The notes beneath the pieces were generated by a model. The model was not told the origin of the DNA, ran no database searches, and was given only the letters and a program-made list of their open reading frames with translations. The position numbers and the translations under genes were made by a program. This document shows positions 24,421 through 36,689 of a stretch of DNA of 64,000 nucleotides, piece by piece; position 1 is the first letter of the stretch; every line of letters starts with the position of its first letter. Origin of the DNA: Camelus dromedarius (taxonomy: Eukaryota). The DNA is taken from positions 104,906,001 to 104,970,000 of the forward strand of contig NC_087437.1 of assembly GCF_036321535.1 (NCBI RefSeq), in the 5' to 3' direction.

Positions 24421-26586
24421 TGCAGTTAAAGCAACATTGCAGTAGCAACTAGAGAAGCTGAGCTGCTGTTGCTGGTGTTAAATATCTTAGATGTGAATAT
24501 AAAGTAAATGTTGCTAATTCTCAGTTTTAGAAATCCTCAATCTCACTTGCGTCACATGGAAGCAAAACAGGAGAGAGTAATGAGTCCACCATGATTGTGT
24601 CTTGGTGTATTTTCTCCAGTCATCATCACACAGAGAGGGAATTTATTTTGACTATGATAGCAGGTAATGTATTATTTTGAAGCTAGAGAAAGAGATAGCT
24701 GAAAAGGAGTTTTGAAATGGAAATTGTGACATTTACTGAGGGAGCAATGATCTTACACAGAAGCCAGGTGGTGACTGTTTACCATTCAGACAGATGGAAT
24801 TCCTGCAGTGGAGTCAGTTTATATTTTTGTTTTCCTATTAGAAAAAAATTAGCTTAAATAATTCAAGCCTCTTTTTTATTCCTTGCAAGATATGTGCCTT
24901 GTACAAAATTAAGTATTCAAAGACTTTTTCTACTGGGTAAAATGCAGCCCTGTGTATATTGATTTCCTTTCAAGTCACTGCAATTGTTGCAGCCATTTCA
25001 AGTTTTTATAACACCGTAATGATCATTTAACATGACCAAATGATAATAAGGATCCAGTGCAACTATAATTATAAAGATCTATGCCAATAATAGAATAAAT
25101 ATTTGCTTCAGGAGAATTCCCTAAAATTGACTTTCTATATATCTTTCAGGAAGCGTGGATACTACAGCAATAATAAATTTCTTTAGACATTTAGCCTAGA
25201 ATTTTATTGCCAACTCTTCGGTTAAGTATTTTATTGGAGAAAGTCTTTGCCTGTTTTCCCCCAAGTTTAGTCTTTGAAATGCTGCATTAACACATATTTT
25301 GTTAGCTTTTGCATGTATACCCTGCAGTTACTGTCTAAGGAAAGGTAGTTGAGTGAAAAATACAGATAGTTGTAGTTTATATATTTTAATCATTTGAGCT
25401 GTGAGTTTGGTACTAGGAAGAAACTTTGATTCATCTAATGTAGCCAATGTGGCCAAATGAAGCTAAAAGTGATTTCAGAGATTATGTCTTCACTAATTCC
25501 ATCAAAGGTGAGATTCTAAAACCTGATAACCTACCCATATTCCTGATTCATCAGACAAGGGTGAGCCAAAGTCATGGTAATAAATGACCTGTTAAGAGAC
25601 TGCAATGCAATCAGAAAGAGCCTACAAGTAATAACATCATCCCAGCTCTTCTGACAGAAAGGATGCCTATTAAAACTTGGTCAATAATTACTTTAAGGGA
25701 GCATTACAGTCAGACTTTATGGACATTCCAACGTTAATTCAAGGTATATTTTTAATATGATTTTTCTCTATACCCCCTAATGTGGCCTCTCGTTTTTTCC
25801 TTCTGGTTACTGGTTTCCACTGATGATATTTTAAGATAGCTAAACATTCTGTTTCCTTTCTGCACTTATAAATAGTAAAGTTTTTTTTTTCATGAGTTGT
25901 CAGCATTTAGCTCTGCCTTCCTTAAATCTAAAGTGTATAATTTAACTGAACTTTTTATTTGAAATCCCTCCTCCCCCTTCAGTTTCTTATCTCTGGAACC
26001 TTTATATCTGCTAATGGTAACACCAAACAGATTTATCCTAATAGAACATCTCCTGACTACGGTTACTGTTTCAGCAGTTTGCTCACATTTAATGTTCTGT
26101 ATCTTCGAATGAAGAATTTACTGTTATCTTCTCAGCAACATCTTTAAATATCTGCAAATATCTTTGATAATTTAAAATCTTATCTCTGTAAGTATTGACA
26201 AAAGACATTGCCCATTTGTGCTTTTTTTTTGTTGTTTTTTATGAAATACATATTTTAGGAGTTGAATAAAAGAGAATTGTCTTTTCAGTACATTTTTTGC
26301 TATTTCTTTTAACAGTAAAAGAAAATGATCAGTTTTGCTCTACATGATCAAAAACTAGTTTCTCAGGTTGCATCATAATACATTTCTAGAACAACATCTT
26401 GATAGGTAATAAAATTATGGCTGAGAGTCAAAGTGCACATACACACAGACACACTCATACACACACAGACACACACTCCATCAAAGTTTCTCTGGCAAAA
26501 CCATTTGCAAAAACCTGCTGCTTCCTACTTATTCTTTCAATTTTCATATCCATGTTGAAGCTGTGTGTTGAAGAAGCATCAGTTTA

Positions 26587-26677
26587 ATATGCATGACCGA
26601 GACATTGTGCTGCACACCAGAAACTGACACATTGTAACCAACTATACCTCAATGAAAAATAAATAAATTAAAAAAAA
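26587..26677 (+). mobile_element. Short camelid L1 3' tail
   Basis: tatgcatgaccgagacattgtgctgcacaccagaaactgacacattgtaaccaactatacctcaat followed by an A-rich tail. Confidence 0.85.
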
Positions 26678-28311
26678 TGAAGTCAAGTCAGGTGCATTTT
26701 TGAAAGTCTTACACTGTGATCACAGCCAGAGGGAGAAGATTTACTTCTCCCAAAATGGCTTTGTATGCAATGTGATATTTCTGTGAGACATAAGTATATA
26801 ATTTTAGAGGTAGTACTGAAAATTACTGAATGATTGACATATTAAAGAATGTTCAGCACCTAAAAACAGCATTTTCCAATTAGAGAATTAAATAAAGCTT
26901 CCTCAGTGTAAGAAATTATGAGTGAAATGTAAGTATAGAAATGAGAATTTAAATAAATTACTATGGTCATGTCTGATAAATAAAAAACTTAAGTGGAAAC
27001 CAAGTTGATTCAAGAAATTAACTTGGCAACAAGATCAAATTAAAATCCTTTTAGACAGTTTAGATTTTGATGGGGAATTGTGTGTGTAATTGAACTCTAT
27101 ACAAGTATTGTACCTAGTTGGTTATTTTTTCTTTATATATTAACATGCTGAAGAGGATTAATATCAGACTCCTTAAAGATAGGCTTTTTCAATATAAAAC
27201 ATGAGGTGTACCAAGCAATGATAAAAGGGTATGCTAACTCAACGTCAGAAGAAATTACTAAAGAATTTAAATCCAATTTAGATAGAAAGATAGCATTAGT
27301 TGTATGATCTAGTTGGGGGGAAATAACCACAGTTTATCTATAATATTCAGGGCATAATTCTATTACTGTAAAAAGTCTCTCTCTAATTATGTATATAATT
27401 ACATCTTTATAGATACAGGTCTTTTAAGAGAAAAGCTACGTATTGCATACTAACAGTGAATACAAATTTTAGATGGAAGTTATGTCTTTTTTCTTTTTCT
27501 TATTGAGATGTTTCATACTTCCCTCAGCAAACCTGTGTAACTATAAACTATGGAAATGCTGAAAGAGATACCCATTTACTAACCATTCTCAAAACAGTAT
27601 GCTTTTCCTTACTCTGCTGCATGGTGGTGATTTTATAATCCCTCCTCTGTAACACAAGCTTTCAGTTTAAGCCCAACACCCCAAGTTTAAAGGCAGTTAG
27701 GAAGATTTTCACACATTGTAATAAAGTTGGCAACTCTGGGCTTCATTTCTTCTTCATCATACAGTTTCTTCACCTGTTTATGAGACAGTCTGATTTTAAT
27801 TTTATAAATATGTCCAGATGTGCTAAAAGTTTAGGATTTCTTCATCTGTATTGCTTCAGGAATCTGTTGTAGAATATTATATGAATATTGGTTAACTGTG
27901 GAAGGGAGAGGAGTCACAGTTATCCCAAAGTTAAGTAATTCAGTATTCATGTATATTTATTTGACTCCTAGTCTATAAACATTTGTTATTTTTCTTAGAA
28001 GATATAACTTTCCTTTTAGGTTTAGCTAATATTGACACTGAAACAGTCACCAAGTATTGGCTACAGAAGGTGATTTAGTAATGTGTGTTATAATGATAAT
28101 GAGTTAACCAGACACTAAATTTGGATAGATAATCCATACATAGATATATTAGTAATTCTAAGACTATGCATCATTGACATGAGTTGAAACTTACTTCTGA
28201 ACAAAAGTTTTACAGTATACCTTTTTGGAAAAAGGAACTGGGTGGCTTTTATTCAAAATGATTGACCCTACATCACTTTTGAAGCACAGATCTTTAACTC
28301 TACATCATTTT

Positions 28312-28826
28312 CAGTTACTCCAAACTTAACACAAATTTATTATTTTACAGTTCTGTAGATCAGAAGTCTGGGACAGGTCTCACAGGACAAAAATCAAAAT
28401 ATAGCCAGGCTGTGTTCCCTTCTGAAGTCTCTAGGGGAGAACTTGATGGCTAGTTCCCTTGGGTTGTTGACAGAATTCATTTCCTTATGGATCTGGGTCC
28501 CACATTCCCCAATGGCTTTCAGATGCCACTCATATTCTTTGTCTCATGATCCACTTACTCAGTTTTCAGAGCCAACAGCACAGGTCAAATCTCTCTCATG
28601 TTTCAAGATGTCCTGTCTCTCCTTCTTTGTATCTTTCCGATACTTCCTCTTTTCTCTTCCACTTTTATGATCTCATATGACCACACTGGGCCCAGATAAT
28701 CCAGGATCATCTTCCCATCTCTTTAAGACATCTGAAAAACCCTTTTTGGCATGTGCTATAACATATTCACAGGTTCTGGGAGTAGGATGTAGACCTCTTT
28801 GGAGGAGCATTATTTTGCCTATCATA
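28312..28826 (-). mobile_element. MaLR LTR (MLT1D-like)
   Basis: acacaaatttattattttacagttctgtagatcagaagtc...cactgggcccagataatccaggat...taacatattcacaggttctggg...cattattttgccta. Confidence 0.85.
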
Positions 28827-31613
28827 AACTAAATTTTTTTCTGAAAATGATTTCAGAAAATAATTTCTAGTTTTGCCATGGTATAAAAGATGAGGATTAA
28901 AATTCCACATAATTAAGTCAATATCAGGACCTCTCTTAAGTTTCTCTCTTAAGATCAAACTTTACTTAAAAATAACATAAACATTCACATATAGCTAACA
29001 GTAGAGATTATGCTACTCCTATAAATGGTAAAGTTGGTCATCACAAATTATTATAAAATAATATAGAAATCTTACTGAGCTGAATCGGTTAGAAGAGGAC
29101 ACAGAGAACAGGTAAAGGAAAGGATTATTATAGGATCTCAGGCTGTAGCAGTTAGTATTGATTAACATAATTCTCCTGTTTGAAACCAAATAAAATAAAT
29201 AAATAACACACAAATAACTGGTAGGTGTTTGGAGAAGGTATAGTGGCTTGTTGGAATTATAGGGAAAGACAGAAAAGAGATAGAGATTCTGAAAATGTAT
29301 GTAGGTCATGTATTTTGAAATCAATCAGGATTATTAATGAATTAAAAGGGTGTGTTTTTAATTAGAATCATATACCAAATCATGGAATTATCATTCATTG
29401 GGTATTCATATATATATATTTATATTCACATGCAGAAATACATGCATGTATATGCTTATATACACAATTTCATATTTTAAATATATAGAAAATAATATGA
29501 AAAGTATATAAACATATGAATACACAGTAGATACTAACACTGTGTTAATTGCTAGTAATGTGCATTCACATTGGTAAAATTAGGTTCAAATTTTATCTGA
29601 CTGATAGTACATTTGTGTATATATACATTTGTACATATATGTATATTTATCCCACACAGCATCATGATATTGATAATACTATATTTTAAAAGAGGTTATG
29701 AGTCAGTGATTTTAGTAAAAATTAAAGTAATATTTTCCAAGTTATCATAAAAACTGACTCTTTTCCATTCTATTCATGTCTCCTGATAAGTTCTCTATAA
29801 GAGATATATATCTCAGAAATAATGATAAAAAGGAAGGAAGGAACATTTTACTATTATGTATCTTTTATCCTAAAGTCCAATGTAGGTACCCCCACTACAT
29901 TGAGCTTAACCAGCAGGCTTCTCTTAAATTTCCAAACTTCCTCTCTAAAATGACCCATTATCCACATCATAGTCTCATATGTCACACCATGATTGACAGA
30001 AAAAAATGTTCAATCTGGTTTACCCACCATCTCCAACAGAAGGCTTTTAGAAAAAGAGAGTCTATGAGGACAGTGTGACTTATTTGTCATGGATCTAAAC
30101 CATAGGTAAATTGATCTCTCATTAATCATATTTATTTTCCTTTTTTACAGAGAGGTCACAATGCTTTATGTGAAATTTATGTAAACATTTATTAATATGG
30201 AGTCAACCCTTTTAACATGCAATGGTAAATCTGGTAGATCAATATAATGATGTAAGATAATAAATAAGATAAATATAATTGTATAAATCAGTAAATGCTG
30301 TTTTTACCTTCTTTTTATAAAAATATCTAGCTCATTCAAATTGGCCTCAAAAATCCTTGTCACTACTCTTGTGGACATAACAACTCAAATAATGATTGAT
30401 ATGAACAAAACATTAATTTAGTGCATCATTTTATTTTAGATTTCACAACTTCTTTAGACTTTTCTAAATAAAACTTGACCCTAAAATAATATTGATGCCA
30501 ACTTTCTATGTGCATATTTTAAGATGTATCATAATGTTGGCACTGTTTCAACTCTGAAGATAGGATATATATCACACATCTATATGGGGCAGAGCAAAAT
30601 TTAAACCAATGCATTGTAGCAGTGATAATTTTGCTAATAACTAACATATAACATAACTCAGCCATGACATTTTTATAAGAAAGCTTTTTGATGGTCTAAT
30701 GATACAAACACACACTTTTCTTCTAACCTAGAACCACAAATGGACACTCTTTCAAACAGACCTGCATTTTAAACTAGCATGTGATTCACTCAAGTCTTTG
30801 TTTAGAACTCCCTTGGAACCAATTTCTGTTAGAATCTTCCAGCAGAAGAGTGATCATAAATGATAAAAAAATAATTGACACAGGAAGCCCTATTAAAACG
30901 GGCCTTGATTCTGTACCATAAAACAAACAGCTACAAGATACAATCTTATTATGCATTATACAAGATGACATCATATTATAGCATATCCTGGAAAAGGTTT
31001 CAAAAAGAGATAATTCCATAAGGTTAAATAGCAGTGGGATCGCTTCCTATTTAGTGAATTCTTCTATAAAGATTCTAATACATATGCTAACTTGTGGATT
31101 TTTAAATCTCTCTCTCAGTCTCGGCAGTCAGTGAAATCCTTAATAATAGGGATCATCATTGATTATCTTTTTATCCTTAAGAGCTGCACAGCTCAAGTTC
31201 ACAGTAGATATTCAACAGATATTTGATTGGTGAGTACAAGAATAATGAAATTTTGAATCCTATTATATTTTTCTCTTTTTTTTTTTGCTTTTTAAATTTA
31301 ACTGAGAAATTAATTTATTCACCTATTAAAATAATGTGCTTATTCAATGCTTATAATGTGGAAACTCTATTTTGTAGGGCACAATGAAGAATGGACAGGA
31401 TTTATTTAGACCTTTGAAGATAAAGTAGAAAAGCATTTCCGGTGAGGATAATTAAATGAGGACAGAACCAGGGATGAGGAAACATGAAAATACATTGCAA
31501 GGGCAAGTGGCTGAGTCCAGGCAAGACCAGAAGAAAGGAAATATGTTTGCAAGGGGATGACAAAGAAAAAGAAAATATTTTGAGATCTGGGTAGGAAATG
31601 TTGCAGAAAAGCA

Positions 31614-32120
31614 TGTTACAGCTCAGTGTTACAGCTCAGTGTTATAGCTCAGTTGTGACAGCAACCTGGATCAGGGTGAGAGACCAAGCAGCACTCGGAG
31701 AGTTGGAGAACTCAGGTTTATTATGCCAGTGGGCCTAGAGGAGTTAACACTCCAAGCTCTGGACCCCGTCTGTAGGTTTACACAGGCTTTTATAAGCTCC
31801 TAGTTTATACTTTGCAACATCATTTGCAAATAAGGTATAACAAAAGTTGACTAATTAGGAACAAGCTTTGTAGAAATGGACCAATCAGGAGTGGGAGAAA
31901 TAACCAATCAGGAGTGAGCTCCATGCAAATGGACCAATCAGGAGTTAGCTTAGGGAACCAAAAGAATTTTAGGGGTAAGTTTCACTTTCCTAGAAGTAAG
32001 CCACTTCAGAGGCAAAAAGTGAGATAAAGCCGCTGGGCCAGGGAACCAGATGGTGCTGGCAGGAGAGTAGTGGCCCTGCTTGGGGCCCTGCCGGTCTTTT
32101 TTATGGGGCTTCCCACCGCA
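31614..32120 (-). mobile_element. ERV solo LTR, apparently young and possibly camelid-specific
   Basis: TG...CA ends; minus-strand TATAAAA (31788-31794) and AATAAA (31717-31722); three CCAATCAGGAG repeats; 13-bp tandem repeat at the U5 end; TSD not cleanly resolved. Confidence 0.85.
31978..31995. promoter_or_regulatory. Overlapping ISRE (AGTTTCACTTTCC) and GAS (TTCCTAGAA) motifs in LTR U3
   Basis: Exact matches to AGTTTCNNTTTC and TTCNNNGAA; function untested. Confidence 0.5.
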
Positions 32121-33660
32121 AGATGACCTCAAATTCTGATGACTTTGGATATTTTTGCTAAAGGTCATGGAAAAAGGGGACTAAAAATATTTGTTAAAAT
32201 AAAGACATCATCAGATCTGTGCTTCAGGAAACTTAATCTGACAGAGACGTGGGAAAAGTGTTACAGCAGCAGAAAGAGGAAGCTGGGACACAAATCTTAC
32301 ATCTCTTCCCCTACTTCCCCCTGAGCTACTGGAGCCTTAACAGGAAGAGTGGGAATGAAAATGCAGGGGAGAAATGGGAAATCTACAAAGACTGTATCCA
32401 TAGGACCTACAAATAGATGAGCTGCAGGAATCATGGGGGAAAGAAGCGATCAGCATGAGGTTCCTGCTCACATCATCATACAGATATTAGAACTGATCTT
32501 GTAAATGCCTCTATTCTCATAAATTTGGAGCTGCAAAATTGTATCAGATGTTTCTGTGGTGCCACAGAACTGATAGCTATCTGATAGTAGGAAAAAAAAA
32601 GAATAAAAATACTTTACACACACTCTTTCCATAGGTACTTTTCCTGAATTTAATAGCAAATGATTAGACCACAGGATTCAAAACTGAAGCAAAACAATTG
32701 CCCAGCTAAAATAATTAAGTAAGGCAGCCTGACCTTATCTGAGCTGCACTTAACATTTTTTGGCCACTGGAAGTTATTTCTGTCCATACCACCAAGTACC
32801 CTCTTCCTAAGACCTTACTTTGCATTTCCTAAAATTATAGGGTTTATGTCTTTTGTGACAAAATCTGTTGGCCTGTATAGGAATTAGGATCAGTAATAGG
32901 AGCAATTTTACATCCTACAACTTAAATACACAGTATAAAATTTATCGAAGCTGAATCCTGTGCTATATTTGTAATTTGTGCCCTAGTTGTCTTTCTATTT
33001 TTGGCATGACTTATTCTAGTTTTTGTTGGTAAAGAAGCCCCTTTTGAGTCTTGCTATGTCATGTGCATTATATTTAGTGACCAACTAAAACTTTGGAAGA
33101 GTAGGACTAGAAGAGATGTATCTATATTTTGAACACGCATTGACAGAAATCATTGCAATCAGAGGGAGGAATACCACCGCTCCCTTCTTAGCACTCGGGA
33201 TGCATAATTCCTCCCTTTAAATCTTGTAGTAAGCCTAACAGGAAGATAAAATTTTTAAAAATGGTACTGAAGACTGAGAGATTGAAAATTAGGAGCACAG
33301 AAACACAAAGGATAACCTAGTGTCTCGTTTATGAGAGAGTTTCACAATCTGCATTTCATCTCAGTCCAAATCTATCTCTTGACCTCCTGAAGCAAAAATC
33401 CGAACAACTTTAAAATAAACTAATAGAGGAAGGGAAGAGAGGAAGGCAAAAGAAAAAGAAGCAGCAGAGAAGACAGAGAAAGAGACTCATCTCTTCAAGT
33501 TCAACTTCCTACCTCCACTAATGACTAGCTCTGATTTTGCCCGTGTCCTTCAGGGAGCAATGTACTGAAACATGGAAACCCTAGTGTTTATAAATTAGAT
33601 TGGTGTTTAACAGGATAAGTTAAGAAAATAAGATTGTCATCATGTCTGTTCTTCATACAC

Positions 33661-34191
33661 TGTCAAAGATAAACAAAGTCAGACACTAGTAAAAATGTGA
33701 GGACAGTTTTTAATAAGTAATTGCAATAGGGAATAGGGCCCAGGGTGAACTGAACTCAACTTCGGTTTGTACAGAGGTGATCTGTTGTTTTAAAAGGAAA
33801 ATGAGAGAACAGCAAAGGAGTCGGGATGGATATCCAAAACTTTAGCAGTCAGTCAAGTGAAAAATTACAAAAAGTAGGAAAGATGGGAAAGGAAGTTGGT
33901 CCCTGAGAAACCCATCTGGGTTTGTTACCTGGTTCTTACCATCCCAGAGACTAGGAGACAGGGGTAATCTCCTCAGGGCTTGGCTGGAACAAACAGCAAA
34001 TGATTTTGGCAGCCCTGAGTTTTCTCAAATACCTTAAGGTGGGGCTAGGATCAGTCCAGGGAGGCAGCCTTGAGCTGTTAGAAACCATGTTGGTGTTTGT
34101 TCAGATCTTTATGGGCCAAGGTGGAGACCTAGTCCAGAAAAGGCTTCAGTGGTGCCTGACAAGAGTTTAGTCAAAGGGAGACCCTGTGTCA
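33661..34191 (-). mobile_element. ERV1 solo LTR (MER67/MER31-like)
   Basis: TGTCA start; gtgaactgaactcaacttc, gaaacccatctgggtttg, ccttgagctgttagaaac, agtttagtcaaagggaga...TCA end. Confidence 0.85.
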
Positions 34192-34920
34192 ATATGCACA
34201 GAAATAAAGGATGGAATTCACATTATTTTCCCAAACCAGCACAAATGTAATAACCCTTAACTCCCATCCTTATTTGCAAAGGGTTAAGAAAGATCATTTC
34301 ATGTTTAGGCCTACTGATGAATATCAAGCTGGCTGGGTTGATAGGTAGGAAGGACTGAGGCTATTGGAAGAGTGAGGATGGGGATGTCCTGAAATGGGAA
34401 TACTGGAGGAGAGAGGAGTTGCTGGAGTGGTGGAGCCGTAGGCCCTGCCTACAAGCAGAAGGGTTGCTGTGAAAACAAGCTATGCACGTACCACACCTTG
34501 AGAAAAGTGTCTGGGTTCCTGGGGGCACGTCTTGGGTCAGTGAAAAGCTGCTGGTTGGGGGGTCCCTCTCTGAGGGCTCTGGGTCACACTGCCTGACAAT
34601 ATGCAGTGGCAAAAGAAGTGACTGCAATGACGACCTTCTCTGTGGCTGGCCTGGGCCCCTACGCAGGTCTTTCTGTCATTATGGGTCCTTGGCCCCCAGG
34701 TTTTGGGGTCTAAAAACCAGAGATAATCACTAAGTTTCTACTCTACTACAAACTCCCTTAGTTCCATAATTGGGGATAAAATATTTTTGTATTGTTTAAA
34801 TTATTTTGATATTTCCAACTAATATTGCCTGAAACAAAATATTTGACTTCTAGCTAGCCATATTTAAAATTCAATAACTTTTGATGAAATAAATTATGGT
34901 TAAGTTATGCTTTAAAGGGA

Positions 34921-34967
34921 TATAGATAGATAGATAGATAGACAGATAATAGATAGATAATCTGATA
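34921..34967. repeat. (GATA)n microsatellite, imperfect
   Basis: tagatagatagatagatagacagataatagatagata. Confidence 0.9.
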
Positions 34968-35159
34968 GGAAGGTAGCTCTAGACATTTTCCTTAGGTAAC
35001 TTTGCTAAATAAAAAAATTTTAATATTATAAATTAAATGTGTAAAGGTAAAAAAAAAAATCAAAGACTTCATTCTTGGAGAAAGTGGCTAAGTGGATGAA
35101 TGCCCATGCTCAATGGCCAGAAGAATAACACTGTACTTTGAACAGACTCCCAGAGTGGT

Positions 35160-36060
35160 AGGGGATAAGAGATCTTTAGGGGCATCTAGTGCAATTTACA
35201 TTCGATGTTGAATCCCCCATCTAACGACCTGCCAAATGCGTGTTTTCCCAGCCTGGGCCTGAGCACTTTCAGTGATGCAGGAAATATTACAGCCTCTCCA
35301 GAGGAAGTCTGAGGTGTCTTTGCACAGCTGGGAGTGGTACAAAATTCCCCTTTCTGTTTAGCAAAAATTATGCTCCCCGGAGTTTTCGCTTTTTTATTCC
35401 CGTTTGAAACCACAGGGCCACAGGAACAAATCAAATGCCTCTTGTGCACGAAAGCTCTTGGTCTGTTTGAGAGGTGCTCTCCAGTTCCCCTTGAATCTTC
35501 TCTTCTGCAGATTCAATATCCACAATCCCTTTAAGGAGGCTTCATCTGTCATACTGTCAGTTCCCTTCACAATACCTGTCTCCTCAGCTCCAAATGTCTT
35601 CCACTTTGTCAATATCTCTCTTGAAGTCTGAGGCTTCAGGTTGAACAAACTTAGTTTCGACCAAATGACAGGCAGAGTCCTATCATTCTCCTGGCTCTGT
35701 GCTCCCATCACATTCCTCATTTTACACGTCCATCAGCGTAACCCAGATCGGAATGACTTCGCAGCAGCAGACTTGGGATGAGTCACATTACCCACGTCAC
35801 TCACCCTTGCTTGGTATTGAATTTACTACCAAATTGTCAAGCTGTCCAGATCGTTTAAACCAATACTGCTTCTCTTCCTCTGTAGTAGTGTAGTTATTCT
35901 GCTAAATGCTTGTTTATTTTCATGTTTTTGATCTGAGAACCTTGTATTACATCCAGCTAAATTTCATCATATAAACTTAGGCTCACCTCTCTGGCTCATC
36001 AAAATACTTTCACGTCGTGATTCTATCATTTACTACCACTCCCATATGTCATAAACATGT
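35160..36060 (-). mobile_element. L3/CR1 LINE 3' remnant (ORF2 C-terminus, frameshifted)
   Basis: Minus-strand translations DFKRDIDKVE, GIVKGTDSMTDEASLKGLWILNLQKRRFKG...AFDLF and EAVIFPASLKVLRPRL match CR1 ORF2 motifs (FKRDIDKLE, MVKGLE..YEERLKELG.FSLEKRRLRG, PSLEVFKQRL). Confidence 0.88.
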
Positions 36061-36689
36061 AATATTCTGCACTGTTAGATTCTGTAATGCATTATGCTTG
36101 GTTCTCAGGTTTCAATCACTTAACTTAGCGAAAAACCTAACAACAATTATATCCTAAGGATTCTTTTCAAATGTCGGTTAACTTGCATCTATCCTTTCCA
36201 TAGTTCTGTTAAAGACTAGACAATGAAACTTGTCCATTGGACAGGAAGCTTCATAATGTTGTGTGTTTGAGTTTCTGTTGTGCATCCGGCACCTGGCAAA
36301 GTTAGCATGTCTGAATATGTATTTATGAATTAATTAGTAGTATTACTTACATACAATACTGCACAAGATGCACTGATAAGCAAAAAATGCTCACACAGAG
36401 TTTTTGGTATGTTGATCTTAATGAAGTAGCCTCATAAAAACATTTGAGTTAGTTGATAAGATAAACAAGCAAATAAAAAGATTCACAGGGAAACTTATCT
36501 GAAGTTTTAACAGTAAATAGCTATTTAAAACAATCTGCTATTTATATTTAAAAATACATATATTTGACACATAATTTAGATACAACTAGATTTTCAGAAA
36601 GTACTTCTCCACCATCTCTAAAAGTAGTTCTCTACTTTCTCTCATTTATGAGGTTACTTTTCATTGAGGCAGGAAAGCAAGAGTAATCT

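Larger units (their letters stand above)
31290..32480 (-). mobile_element. L2 fragment interrupted by the LTR at 31614-32120
   Basis: atttattcacc...cttattcaatgctt...; reads through as L2 after LTR removal (gactttggatattttt, catcagatctgtgcttcaggaa). Confidence 0.55.

Noticed and set aside
31614..31945. Short direct repeats as a CRISPR-like array
   Set aside because: 13-bp tandem units and CCAAT repeats inside a mammalian LTR; no unique spacers and no cas genes
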